Shown one piece after another: positions 28,549-37,137 of a stretch of DNA of 64,000 nt. The stretch spans positions 132,725-196,724 of the forward strand of contig CAVPRI010000002.1 in assembly GCA_963707835.1 (NCBI GenBank), given 5' to 3'. This DNA comes from an uncultured Acidimicrobiaceae bacterium. GTDB taxonomy: Bacteria; Actinomycetota; Acidimicrobiia; Acidimicrobiales; RAAP-2. Every line of letters begins with the position of its first letter. The first letter of the stretch is position 1. A program made the position numbers and the translations under genes. Below the pieces are notes generated by a model. The model was not told the DNA's origin. It did no database searches and saw nothing but the letters and a program-made list of their open reading frames with translations.

Positions 28549-28881
28549 CTAGTTCCGCCGATGCTGCTCGGCCCTCCTGAGCTGACCCAATAGCTGGGTG
28601 ACGGCACTCACGGCTCCTGAATAACCAAATGTGCCCTGGAGCCCTTCCGTGATCCGATCACTCAGGCCTGGTTCGCACTCGTCCGCGATGGTCTTGACAC
28701 GAGAGATGGACCCGTCGATCTCCCGCCTGAGCTCGGAGTATCTCGGGTCGTCCAAGTAGCTCGAGCCCGGGTCCCAAATGGCGTCAAGTGCGGTGACTAA
28801 GGCAAGGAACCGTTCGACGGTGGGGATGGCAAGCTCTTCGTTGATCGGCATCGTCAGATATAGCGGTCGCAGTAGGAACAC
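28549..28881 (-). CDS. Hypothetical protein
   Basis: ORF 28549..28881 has a non-repetitive composition and lower GC. No family recognised. MPINEEL (28851) is an alternative start. Confidence 0.35.
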   Translation of the reverse strand: MFLLRPLYLTMPINEELAIPTVERFLALVTALDAIWDPGSSYLDDPRYSELRREIDGSISRVKTIADECEPGLSDRITEGLQGTFGYSGAVSAVTQLLGQLRRAEQHRRN

Positions 28882-28992
28882 GGCTGGCGCTCCCGCCGGC
28901 GTCTCTTGGCTGTCTTTCGCGCCATGTTCAAGAGGCTACCCTTCGCACCTCCCGCCGGTCGCCGTCGTCCAGTCCGCTCAAAAGCCCGGTGA

Positions 28993-29679
28993 TGGACTCG
29001 TCCGCCAGGGCGAACAGGCACTCCTGAACGTGCCGAGGTCATCGGCATGGCCGGCGGCGACGGTTCCCAAGCGATCGTGGCCGGCGTCGCCTCCAGGCAC
29101 GACATCCCGTACGTCTGCATACCGGCCGGGACGCGCAACCACTTCGCACTCGACATCGGCGTCGACCGGGAAGACGTGATTGGTGCCCTCGACGCCTTCC
29201 ACCACGGTTCTGATCGCCGCATCGACTTGGCCCAGGTCAACGGTCGGGTCTTCGTGAACAACGCGTCGATCGGCTTCTACGGCAAGGTTGTTCAGTCGCC
29301 CGAGTACCGAGATGCCAAGCTGCGCACCGTGATCGAGATGCTGCCCGACCTGCTCGGCCCCGACGCGGTGCCCTTCGACCTGCGCTTCAGCGACCCGGGG
29401 GGAGCGGAATACGAGAGGGCTCAGCTCGTCTTGGTGTCCAACAACCGCTACCAGCTCGACCCGCTCGCTGCTCAGGGCACCCGGGGGACGATGGACGGAG
29501 GGACGCTCGGCGTTGTGGTGGTGCCTGACGGACCGCCGTTGGCCCGCTTGCGGGAATGGACCGCGGGGTGTACTCATGAAACAGGCCACCCAGCAGTGAT
29601 CGTCAAAGTCCAGGTCAACCACCATGGATGGCGTTCTCGGCACCTACAGGTTCGCGGCGCCTACCATCCCCGGCGGTGA
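28993..29679 (+). pseudogene. Diacylglycerol/lipid-kinase (YegS/BmrU-like) gene lacking its 5' ~40 codons and its normal C-terminus
   Basis: ORF 29047..29679 reads AEVIGMAGGDGSQ..IPYVCIPAGTRNHFALDIG..VFVNNASIGFYG..GTLGVVVV. The upstream piece ..KPGDGLVRQGEQAL is in another frame and abuts the opposite-strand ORF at 28881. Confidence 0.65.
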
Positions 29680-30000
29680 AGGAGTTCCCGGGACGCATTC
29701 GAGCGGTACCTGCCGTCGAAGACCGGGGACGGAGGCGCCGCTGGGCAGACGATCGGCTGGATCGCGGCCAAGGCGTTCGAGAAGGCGGCCGCCAAGGTCG
29801 GCGCCCCGCCGACGTCGCAAGACATCATCAACGGACTGAACTCGTTCCGAGGCGAGACGCTCGGCGGCCTCATGCCGGGCAAGGCCGCCCTCACCTTCAT
29901 CGAGGGCCAGCCGTGCCCCCAGATCATGTGTGGATGGGGGATCCAGGTGCAGAACCACAAGTGGGTCGACACCAGCGGCTTCAACCCGGTTTGCCAGTAG
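29600..30000 (+). pseudogene. C-terminal ~130 codons of a LivJ/LivK-type ABC solute-binding protein, with two 1-nt frame breaks
   Basis: Pieces in three frames join as MDGVLGTYRFAAPTIP / AVKEF / RDAFERYLPSKTGDGGAAGQTIGWIAAKAFEKAAAKVG..SFRGETLGGLMPG..CGWGIQVQNHKWVDTSGFNPVCQ-stop (TAG 29998). The breaks sit at the C-runs 29666-29671 and 29685-29690. The sequence parallels the tail of the intact SBP at 57763..59016. Confidence 0.65.
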
Positions 30001-30019
30001 GCGGCCAGCGGCAGCGGTG

Positions 30020-31011
30020 ATGCGCGCGCCCATCGAATTCCGCGTCGACGTGACCGAGGCGACTGGCCTCGGGCAGCCTGCGCATTGCGCGGTCACCGTG
30101 TTCGTCCCCGACTCGGTTCCCAAGCGCTCGGACGACGGCTCGGGACCCGTCGTCGCGTTCGCCTGGCCCGGGGCTGGCTACGGCCGCGGCTACTACGTGT
30201 TCGACATGCCTGAGTCGTCGTATGGCGGGCAGGCGGGATACCACGCCGACCGCGACGGGTGGATCTTCGTCGCGTGCGACCACCTCGGTGCCGGCGACAG
30301 CAGCATCCCTGACCCCGAGCGGGTGACGTTCGACGTGGTCACGGCGGCGAACGGCGCGGTCGTCGACCAGGTGTTGGAACTGCTGCGGTGCGGCTCCCTG
30401 GCGCCCGACGTGCCGCCGATGGTCGATCCGGTGCGCGTGGGCATGGGGCAGTCGATGGGCGGCTGCTTCACGATCGCGCTCCAGGGCACGGTGCCGCGCT
30501 TCGACGCGATCGCCGTCCTCGGCTTCAGCGCGATCCGCACCGTGATGCCCAAGCCGAACGCGACGTCGTCGAGTTCCGATGCCGAGACCGATGACGCCCT
30601 CGACTCGCAGATCATGACCGATGCGCTGCGCTGGGCGTTCTACTACGCCGACGTTCCCGACGACATCGTGGCTGCCGACCTCACCGACTTCCCGACGCGG
30701 GGCGGCAACATGCCGCCCTGGGGCAGCGCGACGACTCCGCCAGCCGCTGTCCGCATGCGCGAGCCTGGCCTCGTCACCAAGGAGGCAGCCACGATCGAGG
30801 TTCCGGTGTTCCTCGCCACGGGCGAGATCGACGGCGTTCCCGATCCCCGCGCGGAGCCGAGCGCCTACACGCGGTCGCGTGCGACATCACGGTCTACGTG
30901 CAGCCACGGATGGCGCACATGCACAACTTCGCCGGCAGCCGAACCGTCTTGTGGGATCGGCTCGCGGCGTGGGTGGCGGGGGTCCGTCGCTCGTCGGCCG
31001 CCGCCGACTGA
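30020..31011 (+). CDS. Alpha/beta hydrolase. Frame break near 30865-30880.
   Basis: ORF 29930..31234 from MRAPIEFRVDV.. includes VGMGQSMGG (GxSxG). After ..EPSAY the next frame reads ACDITVYVQPRMAHMHNFAGSRTVLWDRLAAWVAGV..-stop (TGA 31009). Confidence 0.7.
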
Positions 31012-31019
31012 CCCTGAGC

Positions 31020-31231
31020 CGCGAGACGCCGCTACGTCCGGCCAGGCGACGCCCGCCCCGCCGACGCCGTGGGCGCGAACCTCGGTGGCGACGGACTCGG
31101 CTCGGTCGCCGTCGTCCCGGGAGTGGATCGCGAACGTTGGCGCCCTCAGCGGCGAACGCGAGAGCGATGGCGCGACCAACGTCGTCGTCGCCGTCTGTCA
31201 CCAGGACGGTGCGACCGTGCACATCGCTCAA
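31020..31231 (-). pseudogene. N-terminal ~70-codon SDR fragment with a frame break
   Basis: From TTG 31231: MSDVHGRTVLVTDGDDDVGRAIALAFAAEGANV, then in the next frame AIHSRDDGDRAESVATEVRAHG..VAWPDV. The Gly-rich loop is degenerate, and the rest would overlap the convergent hydrolase gene. Confidence 0.5.
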
Positions 31232-31265
31232 TGAAGCGACCTGAGTCCCGGAAGTGGCACGCTGG

Positions 31266-32945
31266 TCATCGCCGGGCGCCGCCGGCCCGCAGGAGGCGGC
31301 CAGCTCGGGCGACCTCGGACTCCCCGTGCGCGGTGAACAGCTCGCCGTTCACGATCGTGGCGAGGAAGCCGTTCGCCCGCTGGACCAACCGGGGGGCGCC
31401 GGCCGGGAGGTCGTGCACGAGCTCCGGCATCTGGGGCGCCACGGTCTCGGGGTCGAAGATCGTGATGTCGGCAGCAAAGCCTTCTTGCAGCACGCCGCGG
31501 TCCGCCAGCTTGAAGATGGAGGCGGGTCGGCTCGTGATCATCGCCACCGCCTCCTCGAGGGTGATGGCCTGACGTTCCCGGACCCAGTAGGCGAGGAGAT
31601 GGGACTGGATCGAGAAGTCGATGATCTCGGTGACGTGGGCACCCGAATCCGAGAAGGTCATCGCCGTGTTCGGGTTCTTCAACAGCTCGACTACCTGGTC
31701 CTCGGGCGGATCGCTGAAGTACTGGAGGAAGTAGAGGTCGAGGTCGTGGTCGAGCGCTAGCTCGATCATGAGCTCGGCGGGTTCGACCCCTCGCTCGCCT
31801 GCCATTTCTCCGACGGTCCGGTTCGGCAGATAGGGGGAGGTCATGACCTCGAGCCACTGGTAGTTCGGCCGAGACTGCTGCGCGCCGTACCGGGCGCCGT
31901 AGTCGCCGTGGGTGGCAGCGTGCACGAGGCGGGCCCGGACGACGGGGTCCTCGAGGAGTCGCTTCTGTTCCTCGAGCGGTCGACCGCGTACCTCCTGCCA
32001 CTCGGGAAGGATGTCGAACACCAGCTTGGTCTTGAACGACTGGACCTGGCACAGGCCGCGGCAGTGGGTGAGCCCGTGCATGCGTCCACCGCGAGCGACG
32101 GTCTGGTCGATGAGTCGAGTGTCGGGGTTGTTGCCCACACCGAAGGCGATCGGCACGCCCGTCGACAACGCAAGCCGTTGGATGCGACGTTCGTAGTCGT
32201 CGCGCTCCTCGGGCGTCGCGAAGGGCGCCTCCCCCGCGAGCTGGAACGCCGCGGTGCTCTCCCGACCGACGAGCTCCACCAGCGAGACCACCTCGTCCCA
32301 GGTCGCTTGGCGGGATGCGACCGGGCGGTCGTCAGAGGTCGTGTGCGACCGGCTGCGTGACGTGGTGAAGCCGACCGCACCTGCTCGCAACGCGCTGCGC
32401 AGTTCGGCCGCCATCGCGTCGAGGTCGTCGTGAGTGGCGGGACTGGTGAACGCCCGTTCACCCATCGCCCACGTCCGCAGGGCGGAGTGACCGATCGAGG
32501 CGGCGTAGTTGATGCCCTTCGGCTGGGCGTTGACCGCATCGAGGAACTCGGCGAAGTCGGACCACGTCCAGTCGATGCCGGCTTCCATCGCCGCGGCCGC
32601 GATGTCTTCGGCTCGCTCGAGGTTGCGAACGACGAGAGCCTTCTCGCCCGGGCGCGCCGGCGCGAGCGTGAACCCGCAGTTTCCCATGACCGCGGTGGTG
32701 ACGCCGTGCCAGCACGAAGGGCTGCCGAGCTCGTCCCAGAAGACCTGGGCGTCCATGTGGGTGTGAGCGTCGACGAAACCCGGCGCCACGATGTGGCCCT
32801 CGGCATCGAGCTCCTTGCGGCCCGCGTCGTCGATCGTGCCGACGGCGGCGATGACGCCACCGGCGACGGCGACATCGGCTCGACGGCGGGGTGCGCCCGT
32901 CCCGTCGATCATCGTCCCATTGCGTATGACGAGGTCGTAGGTCAT
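31266..32945 (-). CDS. N-acyl-D-amino-acid deacylase (D-aminoacylase) family amidohydrolase
   Basis: MTYDLVIRNGTMIDGTGAPRRRADVAVAGGVIAAVG..GFVDAHTHMD..GVTTAVMGNCG..SDSGAH..ADITIFDP. Intact. Confidence 0.85.
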   Translation of the reverse strand: MTYDLVIRNGTMIDGTGAPRRRADVAVAGGVIAAVGTIDDAGRKELDAEGHIVAPGFVDAHTHMDAQVFWDELGSPSCWHGVTTAVMGNCGFTLAPARPGEKALVVRNLERAEDIAAAAMEAGIDWTWSDFAEFLDAVNAQPKGINYAASIGHSALRTWAMGERAFTSPATHDDLDAMAAELRSALRAGAVGFTTSRSRSHTTSDDRPVASRQATWDEVVSLVELVGRESTAAFQLAGEAPFATPEERDDYERRIQRLALSTGVPIAFGVGNNPDTRLIDQTVARGGRMHGLTHCRGLCQVQSFKTKLVFDILPEWQEVRGRPLEEQKRLLEDPVVRARLVHAATHGDYGARYGAQQSRPNYQWLEVMTSPYLPNRTVGEMAGERGVEPAELMIELALDHDLDLYFLQYFSDPPEDQVVELLKNPNTAMTFSDSGAHVTEIIDFSIQSHLLAYWVRERQAITLEEAVAMITSRPASIFKLADRGVLQEGFAADITIFDPETVAPQMPELVHDLPAGAPRLVQRANGFLATIVNGELFTAHGESEVARAGRLLRAGGARR

Positions 32946-32952
32946 CGGAGGC

Positions 32953-34341
32953 CTAAACCGCGAACCGGCTGAGCTCGCGCTCGACGAGCGGCACGACCTC
33001 CGCGATCTTCTCGTCACCCTCCCATGGCTTCAGGTAGCCGCCGCGCGCGTCGAAGTTGTCGATGAGCGCTTGGGGGACCTGCGGGTCTTGCGGTGTGAGC
33101 TCCTCGATGGTGGGTCCGATGCGTGCGGCGATCGCGGCCAAACGGTCTCGATCGAGCCCAGAGAAGCGGATCGCGTTCTCACCGAGCATGGCGCGGACCT
33201 CGTGCTCCGGGACGCCTTGGAACGCATCCTGGATCCATTCCTTCGTGTGGGGCCAGGTGCTCTCGAAGTGCGGGTAGTCGCGGCCGAACAAGATGGTGTC
33301 GACGCCGATCTCGTGCCGTCGCTCCATCTCGACCTTGTGCACGAACGACGCGCCGGCAAGGCAGTTCTCGTGCCAGTACTCGCTCGGGCGGCGGTGTGCT
33401 GGGACCTCGTCGCGTCGCTCGTCGAAGATCCGATCGAGAGCATCGAGGGTGGCAGGGATCCAGTCCAGCCTGATCTCGGTCAGCATCAACCGGAGTCCGG
33501 GATGTCGATCGAAGACCCCGCCGAGCGCGAGCTGCCACAGCGGCCGGCGCGAGTCGAGGTTGCGATTCGTGAACCAGGTGAAGAAGTCGGCCGCTTCCTG
33601 CGGCACCGCGCTGGCGTGGCGCTGCATCGCCTCGACTTCGGTGGAGCCGGCCGCGTCGGCCGCGGCGGCGTAGATCTCCTCGAGCTTGGCGAACACGATG
33701 CCTTGCTGAACCCCGAAGCCAGCATGCACGACGATCGCGATGCCGCGTTCGGCGCACGCGGCCCAGTAGGGCTCCCACGATGCGTCGGACAGCGGGGCGA
33801 GCGCGGGATGGGTCATGTAGTGGGGTCCGTAGGTCGCGGCGAAGCCGTGGTCCGCGACCCAATGGATCTCGGCCACGGCCGCTTCGATGTCGACGCACGG
33901 CCCCACCGCGGCGGTCAGCAGGAATCGATCGGTGGCGAACCCGAACGTGTCGGCAGCCCAGCGGTTCCACGCCTTGGCCCCGGCGTCCCAGGCGTCGAAG
34001 GTGTATTGGCGGTTCGTCCCGTTGTGGAAGAGGTCGCCGAGGCGTCCGTCGCCGTGGAAGACGTATTCCGCTGCGACCCCCTCACGGTCCATGTCAGCCA
34101 TGCGGAGGACGGGATCGTGCAGGCCGTGCCAACCGTCGCGGTGGATGGCGGAGTGCTCTTCGAACGGTGCAAGCTGCTCCTTGCGCGCCCCGAGCACCGA
34201 CGTGGCGACCGGGTAGATCTCGTTGTCCCGGCGGAGATCGGGCAGGAGGTCCTGGAACTTCGCCGGGAGGTACTCAGGCCACAGCTCCTTCGGCATGCCC
34301 GCGTGACTGTCCGACGACACAACGACGAGTCGATTTCCCAT
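32953..34341 (-). CDS. Metal-dependent amidohydrolase (PF04909-like), paralog 3 (462-aa subtype)
   Basis: MGNRLVVVSSDSHAGMPKELWPEYLP.. and ..FGRDYPHFESTWPHTKEWIQDAFQGVPEHEVRAMLGENAIRFSGLDRDRLAAIA. Intact. Confidence 0.9.
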   Translation of the reverse strand: MGNRLVVVSSDSHAGMPKELWPEYLPAKFQDLLPDLRRDNEIYPVATSVLGARKEQLAPFEEHSAIHRDGWHGLHDPVLRMADMDREGVAAEYVFHGDGRLGDLFHNGTNRQYTFDAWDAGAKAWNRWAADTFGFATDRFLLTAAVGPCVDIEAAVAEIHWVADHGFAATYGPHYMTHPALAPLSDASWEPYWAACAERGIAIVVHAGFGVQQGIVFAKLEEIYAAAADAAGSTEVEAMQRHASAVPQEAADFFTWFTNRNLDSRRPLWQLALGGVFDRHPGLRLMLTEIRLDWIPATLDALDRIFDERRDEVPAHRRPSEYWHENCLAGASFVHKVEMERRHEIGVDTILFGRDYPHFESTWPHTKEWIQDAFQGVPEHEVRAMLGENAIRFSGLDRDRLAAIAARIGPTIEELTPQDPQVPQALIDNFDARGGYLKPWEGDEKIAEVVPLVERELSRFAV

Positions 34342-34401
34342 GACATCTCCTCGGCTGGCGTGAGTGGCTCGTGCCCGCCGACCTTATACGGCCGTCCGCG
34401 G

Positions 34402-34421
34402 CAAGTCGAATGTTTGGCTCA
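34402..34421. promoter_or_regulatory. 20-bp near-palindromic motif CAAGTCGAATGTTTGGCTCA. Candidate TetR operator, copy 1.
   Basis: It matches the reverse complement of 35793-35812 at 17/20 positions. It lies between the divergent amidohydrolase (start 34341) and TetR (start 34511). Confidence 0.5.
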
Positions 34422-34510
34422 TGTGCGTACGGTGCGGAATGGTCAGTGCCGAGCGATCCGAGCACCGGGGTCGTCGCCGGCACGACACCGGCCGCAGTAG
34501 CGTCGCACGG

Positions 34511-35759
34511 ATGGCATCCGGATCCCGTCGAGAGGAGATCCTGCAGGCGGCAGCCAAGATGTTCGCAACGTCAGGCGTGCGTACGTCCCTCAAGGACGTG
34601 GCGGCGGAGTGCGGCATGCTCCCCGGGAGCTTGTACTTCCACTTCGAGTCGAAGGAGGCGCTGATCATCGAGTTGATCGGGCGCTATCAAGCCGATCTCG
34701 ACCAGGTCGCGAAGGAGGCGCTGCAGGCGCCGCAACGCGCCGACCCGAGCCAGGTGCTCGAGCAGGTGGTCGGTCTGGGCGAGGCCATTGCAGCGTGCGC
34801 GGCGCACCACTTCGCCGCCCTTCTCCTGACCCTCTACGACCCTCCAGCCGGAGCGAGCGACGAGCTCCGGCGAGTCGTGCGGTCGACTCCCACGGCGATC
34901 AACACGGCGATGCTCCACGTGCTCCGTTCTGGTGGTGACCATGGTGCATTCCGGGCAGGCGTCGACCTGCGCCTGCTTGCCGACCGACTGTGTGAGAGCA
35001 TGCTCCGCCACGGCCTCACCAGCCCGTACCTCGGGAGCGATGCCGAGCACTTGGTCGAGCTCCGCTGCCAGATCCTCCTACGGGGCGTGGCCCCGCAGCC
35101 CGTCTCGACTCGGTCACTCGACCGGTCGGATGCCCTTCGGGCGGTGAAGGCAGTCGTCGCGTCCTGGTCTCGCGACGTCGACGTCGACGTCGACGAGCGC
35201 ATGACCCATCTCCGTGAGGTGGCGCGCGACGGAGTTCGGTCGGCATGGCTACGAAGCGACGACCCTGCGTTCGATCGCGATGACTGCAGGACTCAGCACC
35301 GCCACCGTCTACCGGTTCTTCCCGGCGAAGGAGCAGCTACTCGCGTCGATCATGGACTCCTACGCGCAGAAGCGGCAGTCCGCCTGGAACGCGGTGCTCG
35401 CGTCGAGGTCGACGGCGGTCGAGAAGCTCGACGCCCTGGCTTGGCTCTACATCGTGCTGCTGGAGCGGTTCGGGAGCGAGTTCCGGATCCAACTCGGCAC
35501 AGTCCGCCACGCGCCCCGGAGCATTCTGGGCGCGGTGCCGACGTCCAACTACGCGGACGTCGAGGCGCTTCTTCAGTCGGGCCTCGAAGCCGGCGAGATC
35601 AGGGTCCGAGGAGCCGACGCCCGTGCGTACGCCCGATGCGTGCACGAAGCGCTGTGGACGCCGGAGGACATCGTCCGCATCGAAGGATCGAGGACCGCGC
35701 ACACGCTGGCCCGGGCGACGCTGCTCTCGGGAGCGCTCGTCCGACGTGACGAACCGTGA
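34511..35759 (+). CDS. Two-module (tandem) TetR-family regulator. Frame break near 35225-35232.
   Basis: Module 1: RREEILQAAAKMFATSGVRTSLKDVAAECGMLPGSLYFHFESKEALI (ORF 34364..35749). No stop occurs before module 2: EFGRHGYEATTLRSIAMTAGLSTATVYRFFPAKEQLL (ORF 35214..35759). The two are joined at ..THLREVAR. Confidence 0.75.
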
Positions 35760-35792
35760 CCGCCGCCTCTGTCGAGACATCGAGACCGGTCT

Positions 35793-35812
35793 TGAGCCAA
35801 ATATTCGACTCA
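35793..35812. promoter_or_regulatory. 20-bp near-palindromic motif TGAGCCAAATATTCGACTCA. Candidate TetR operator, copy 2.
   Basis: Self-complementary at 16/20 positions. It lies 49 nt upstream of the amidohydrolase ATG 35861. Confidence 0.5.
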
Positions 35813-35860
35813 GCTAGGGTCGGCGGGATCAAGGGGGAGCCGTATGGAGGAGCAGATCCG

Positions 35861-36904
35861 ATGACCTTGCACGCCGAGAGCCCGGTCGCCGACGTGACCG
35901 CACACCGCTTCATCTCCGCCGATTCCCACGTCGTGGAGGATCCTGCGATCTGGGCTGACGTCATCTCGCCCGACCGCTTCGGTCAGCTCGGTAGTGCGTT
36001 CGCGGGCAAGTCCGGTGGCAACGACCCGGAGGCCCGAGTACCCGACATGCAGCGCGACGGGGTCGTGGCCGAGGTGCTGTACCCGTCGTTGGCGATGAAG
36101 CTCTTCACCCTGGAACCCGAGCCCCAGGCGGCGTGCTTCCGCCGGTACAACGAATGGTTGGCTGAGTTCTGTGCCTACGAGCCCGACCGGCTCATCGGCG
36201 TTGGCCTCGTCCCGGCGTACGACATGGACCGCGCCCTCGAGGAGGTGCGGTGGTGCGACGAGCACGGTCTCCGTGGGGTGCAGATCTGGCAGAGCCCACA
36301 CCCCGATCTTCCCTTCACCAGCGATCACTACGAGCCCTTCTGGGCCGAGGCATCGGCCCGGGGCCTGCCCGTGAGCCTGCACGCGATCACCGGCTTCGAT
36401 CACAGCCGTCAGCTCTTCGAGTCGATGGGGTCCGGGGAGGTGGGAGGCGGCGTGTCGTTCTTCCGCATCACCAACCACTGCCTGTTCTCGGTGATGGACG
36501 CGCTGCTCGATCTGATCTTTTCGGGCGCGCTCGATCGGCATCCGGACCTGAAGGTCGTGCTGGTCGAGAACGAGGTGGCCTGGCTCCCGTTCGCCCTCGA
36601 CCAGTGGGACTTCTTCTTCGGCGAGTTCGACCGCGGGGTGGCATTGCAGCGGCCGCCGTCGGAGTGCTTCCGTGATCATGTCCTGGCGACCTTCCTCACC
36701 GATCGCGGCGTGGTGCCGGTCGTCCAGCAGCTCGGCGCAGCCAACGTCATGTGGTCGAACGACTACCCGCACAACATGTCGACCTGGCCACGATCGAGGG
36801 AGCTGGCGAGCGAGCGACTCGCGGGGCTCGACGAGGCCGCGCTCGACGCCGTGCTCTCGGACAACGTGGCCGACCTCTACCGCATCGTCACCGACGCGCC
36901 GTGA
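35861..36904 (+). CDS. Metal-dependent amidohydrolase (PF04909-like), paralog 4
   Basis: MTLHAESPVADVTAHRFISADSHVVEDPAIW.. and ..MWSNDYPHNMSTWPRSRELASERLAGLDEAALDAVLSDNV. Confidence 0.85.
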   Translation: MTLHAESPVADVTAHRFISADSHVVEDPAIWADVISPDRFGQLGSAFAGKSGGNDPEARVPDMQRDGVVAEVLYPSLAMKLFTLEPEPQAACFRRYNEWLAEFCAYEPDRLIGVGLVPAYDMDRALEEVRWCDEHGLRGVQIWQSPHPDLPFTSDHYEPFWAEASARGLPVSLHAITGFDHSRQLFESMGSGEVGGGVSFFRITNHCLFSVMDALLDLIFSGALDRHPDLKVVLVENEVAWLPFALDQWDFFFGEFDRGVALQRPPSECFRDHVLATFLTDRGVVPVVQQLGAANVMWSNDYPHNMSTWPRSRELASERLAGLDEAALDAVLSDNVADLYRIVTDAP

Positions 36905-37137
36905 CCAGCCCCGGAGCGAGCACGCCAGATCCACCGCCCGACACCGAGCTGGAGCCGGTCAAGGTGCGCGTCGATGGCAGCTGTCCGGAGTGCGAGGGGA
37001 CCGACCTGCGCACCTACCCGGTGCTCGCCGCCGACGGTTGGTTCGAGGTCGTGAAGTGCCAACAGTGTCTGGCGTCGGTCTCGCGCGAGCGCTGGCACCG
37101 GCTCGGATGGATCCGTCTTCCCGAGGACGCGCTGTGA
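36901..37137 (+). CDS. 78-aa Zn-ribbon protein (CxxC..CxxC)
   Basis: GTG 36901 overlaps the upstream stop (GTGA). Reads ..VKVRVDGSCPECEGTDLRTYPVLAADGWFEVVKCQQCLASVSRERW... Its stop overlaps the hyuA GTG. Confidence 0.55.
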   Translation: MTSPGASTPDPPPDTELEPVKVRVDGSCPECEGTDLRTYPVLAADGWFEVVKCQQCLASVSRERWHRLGWIRLPEDAL

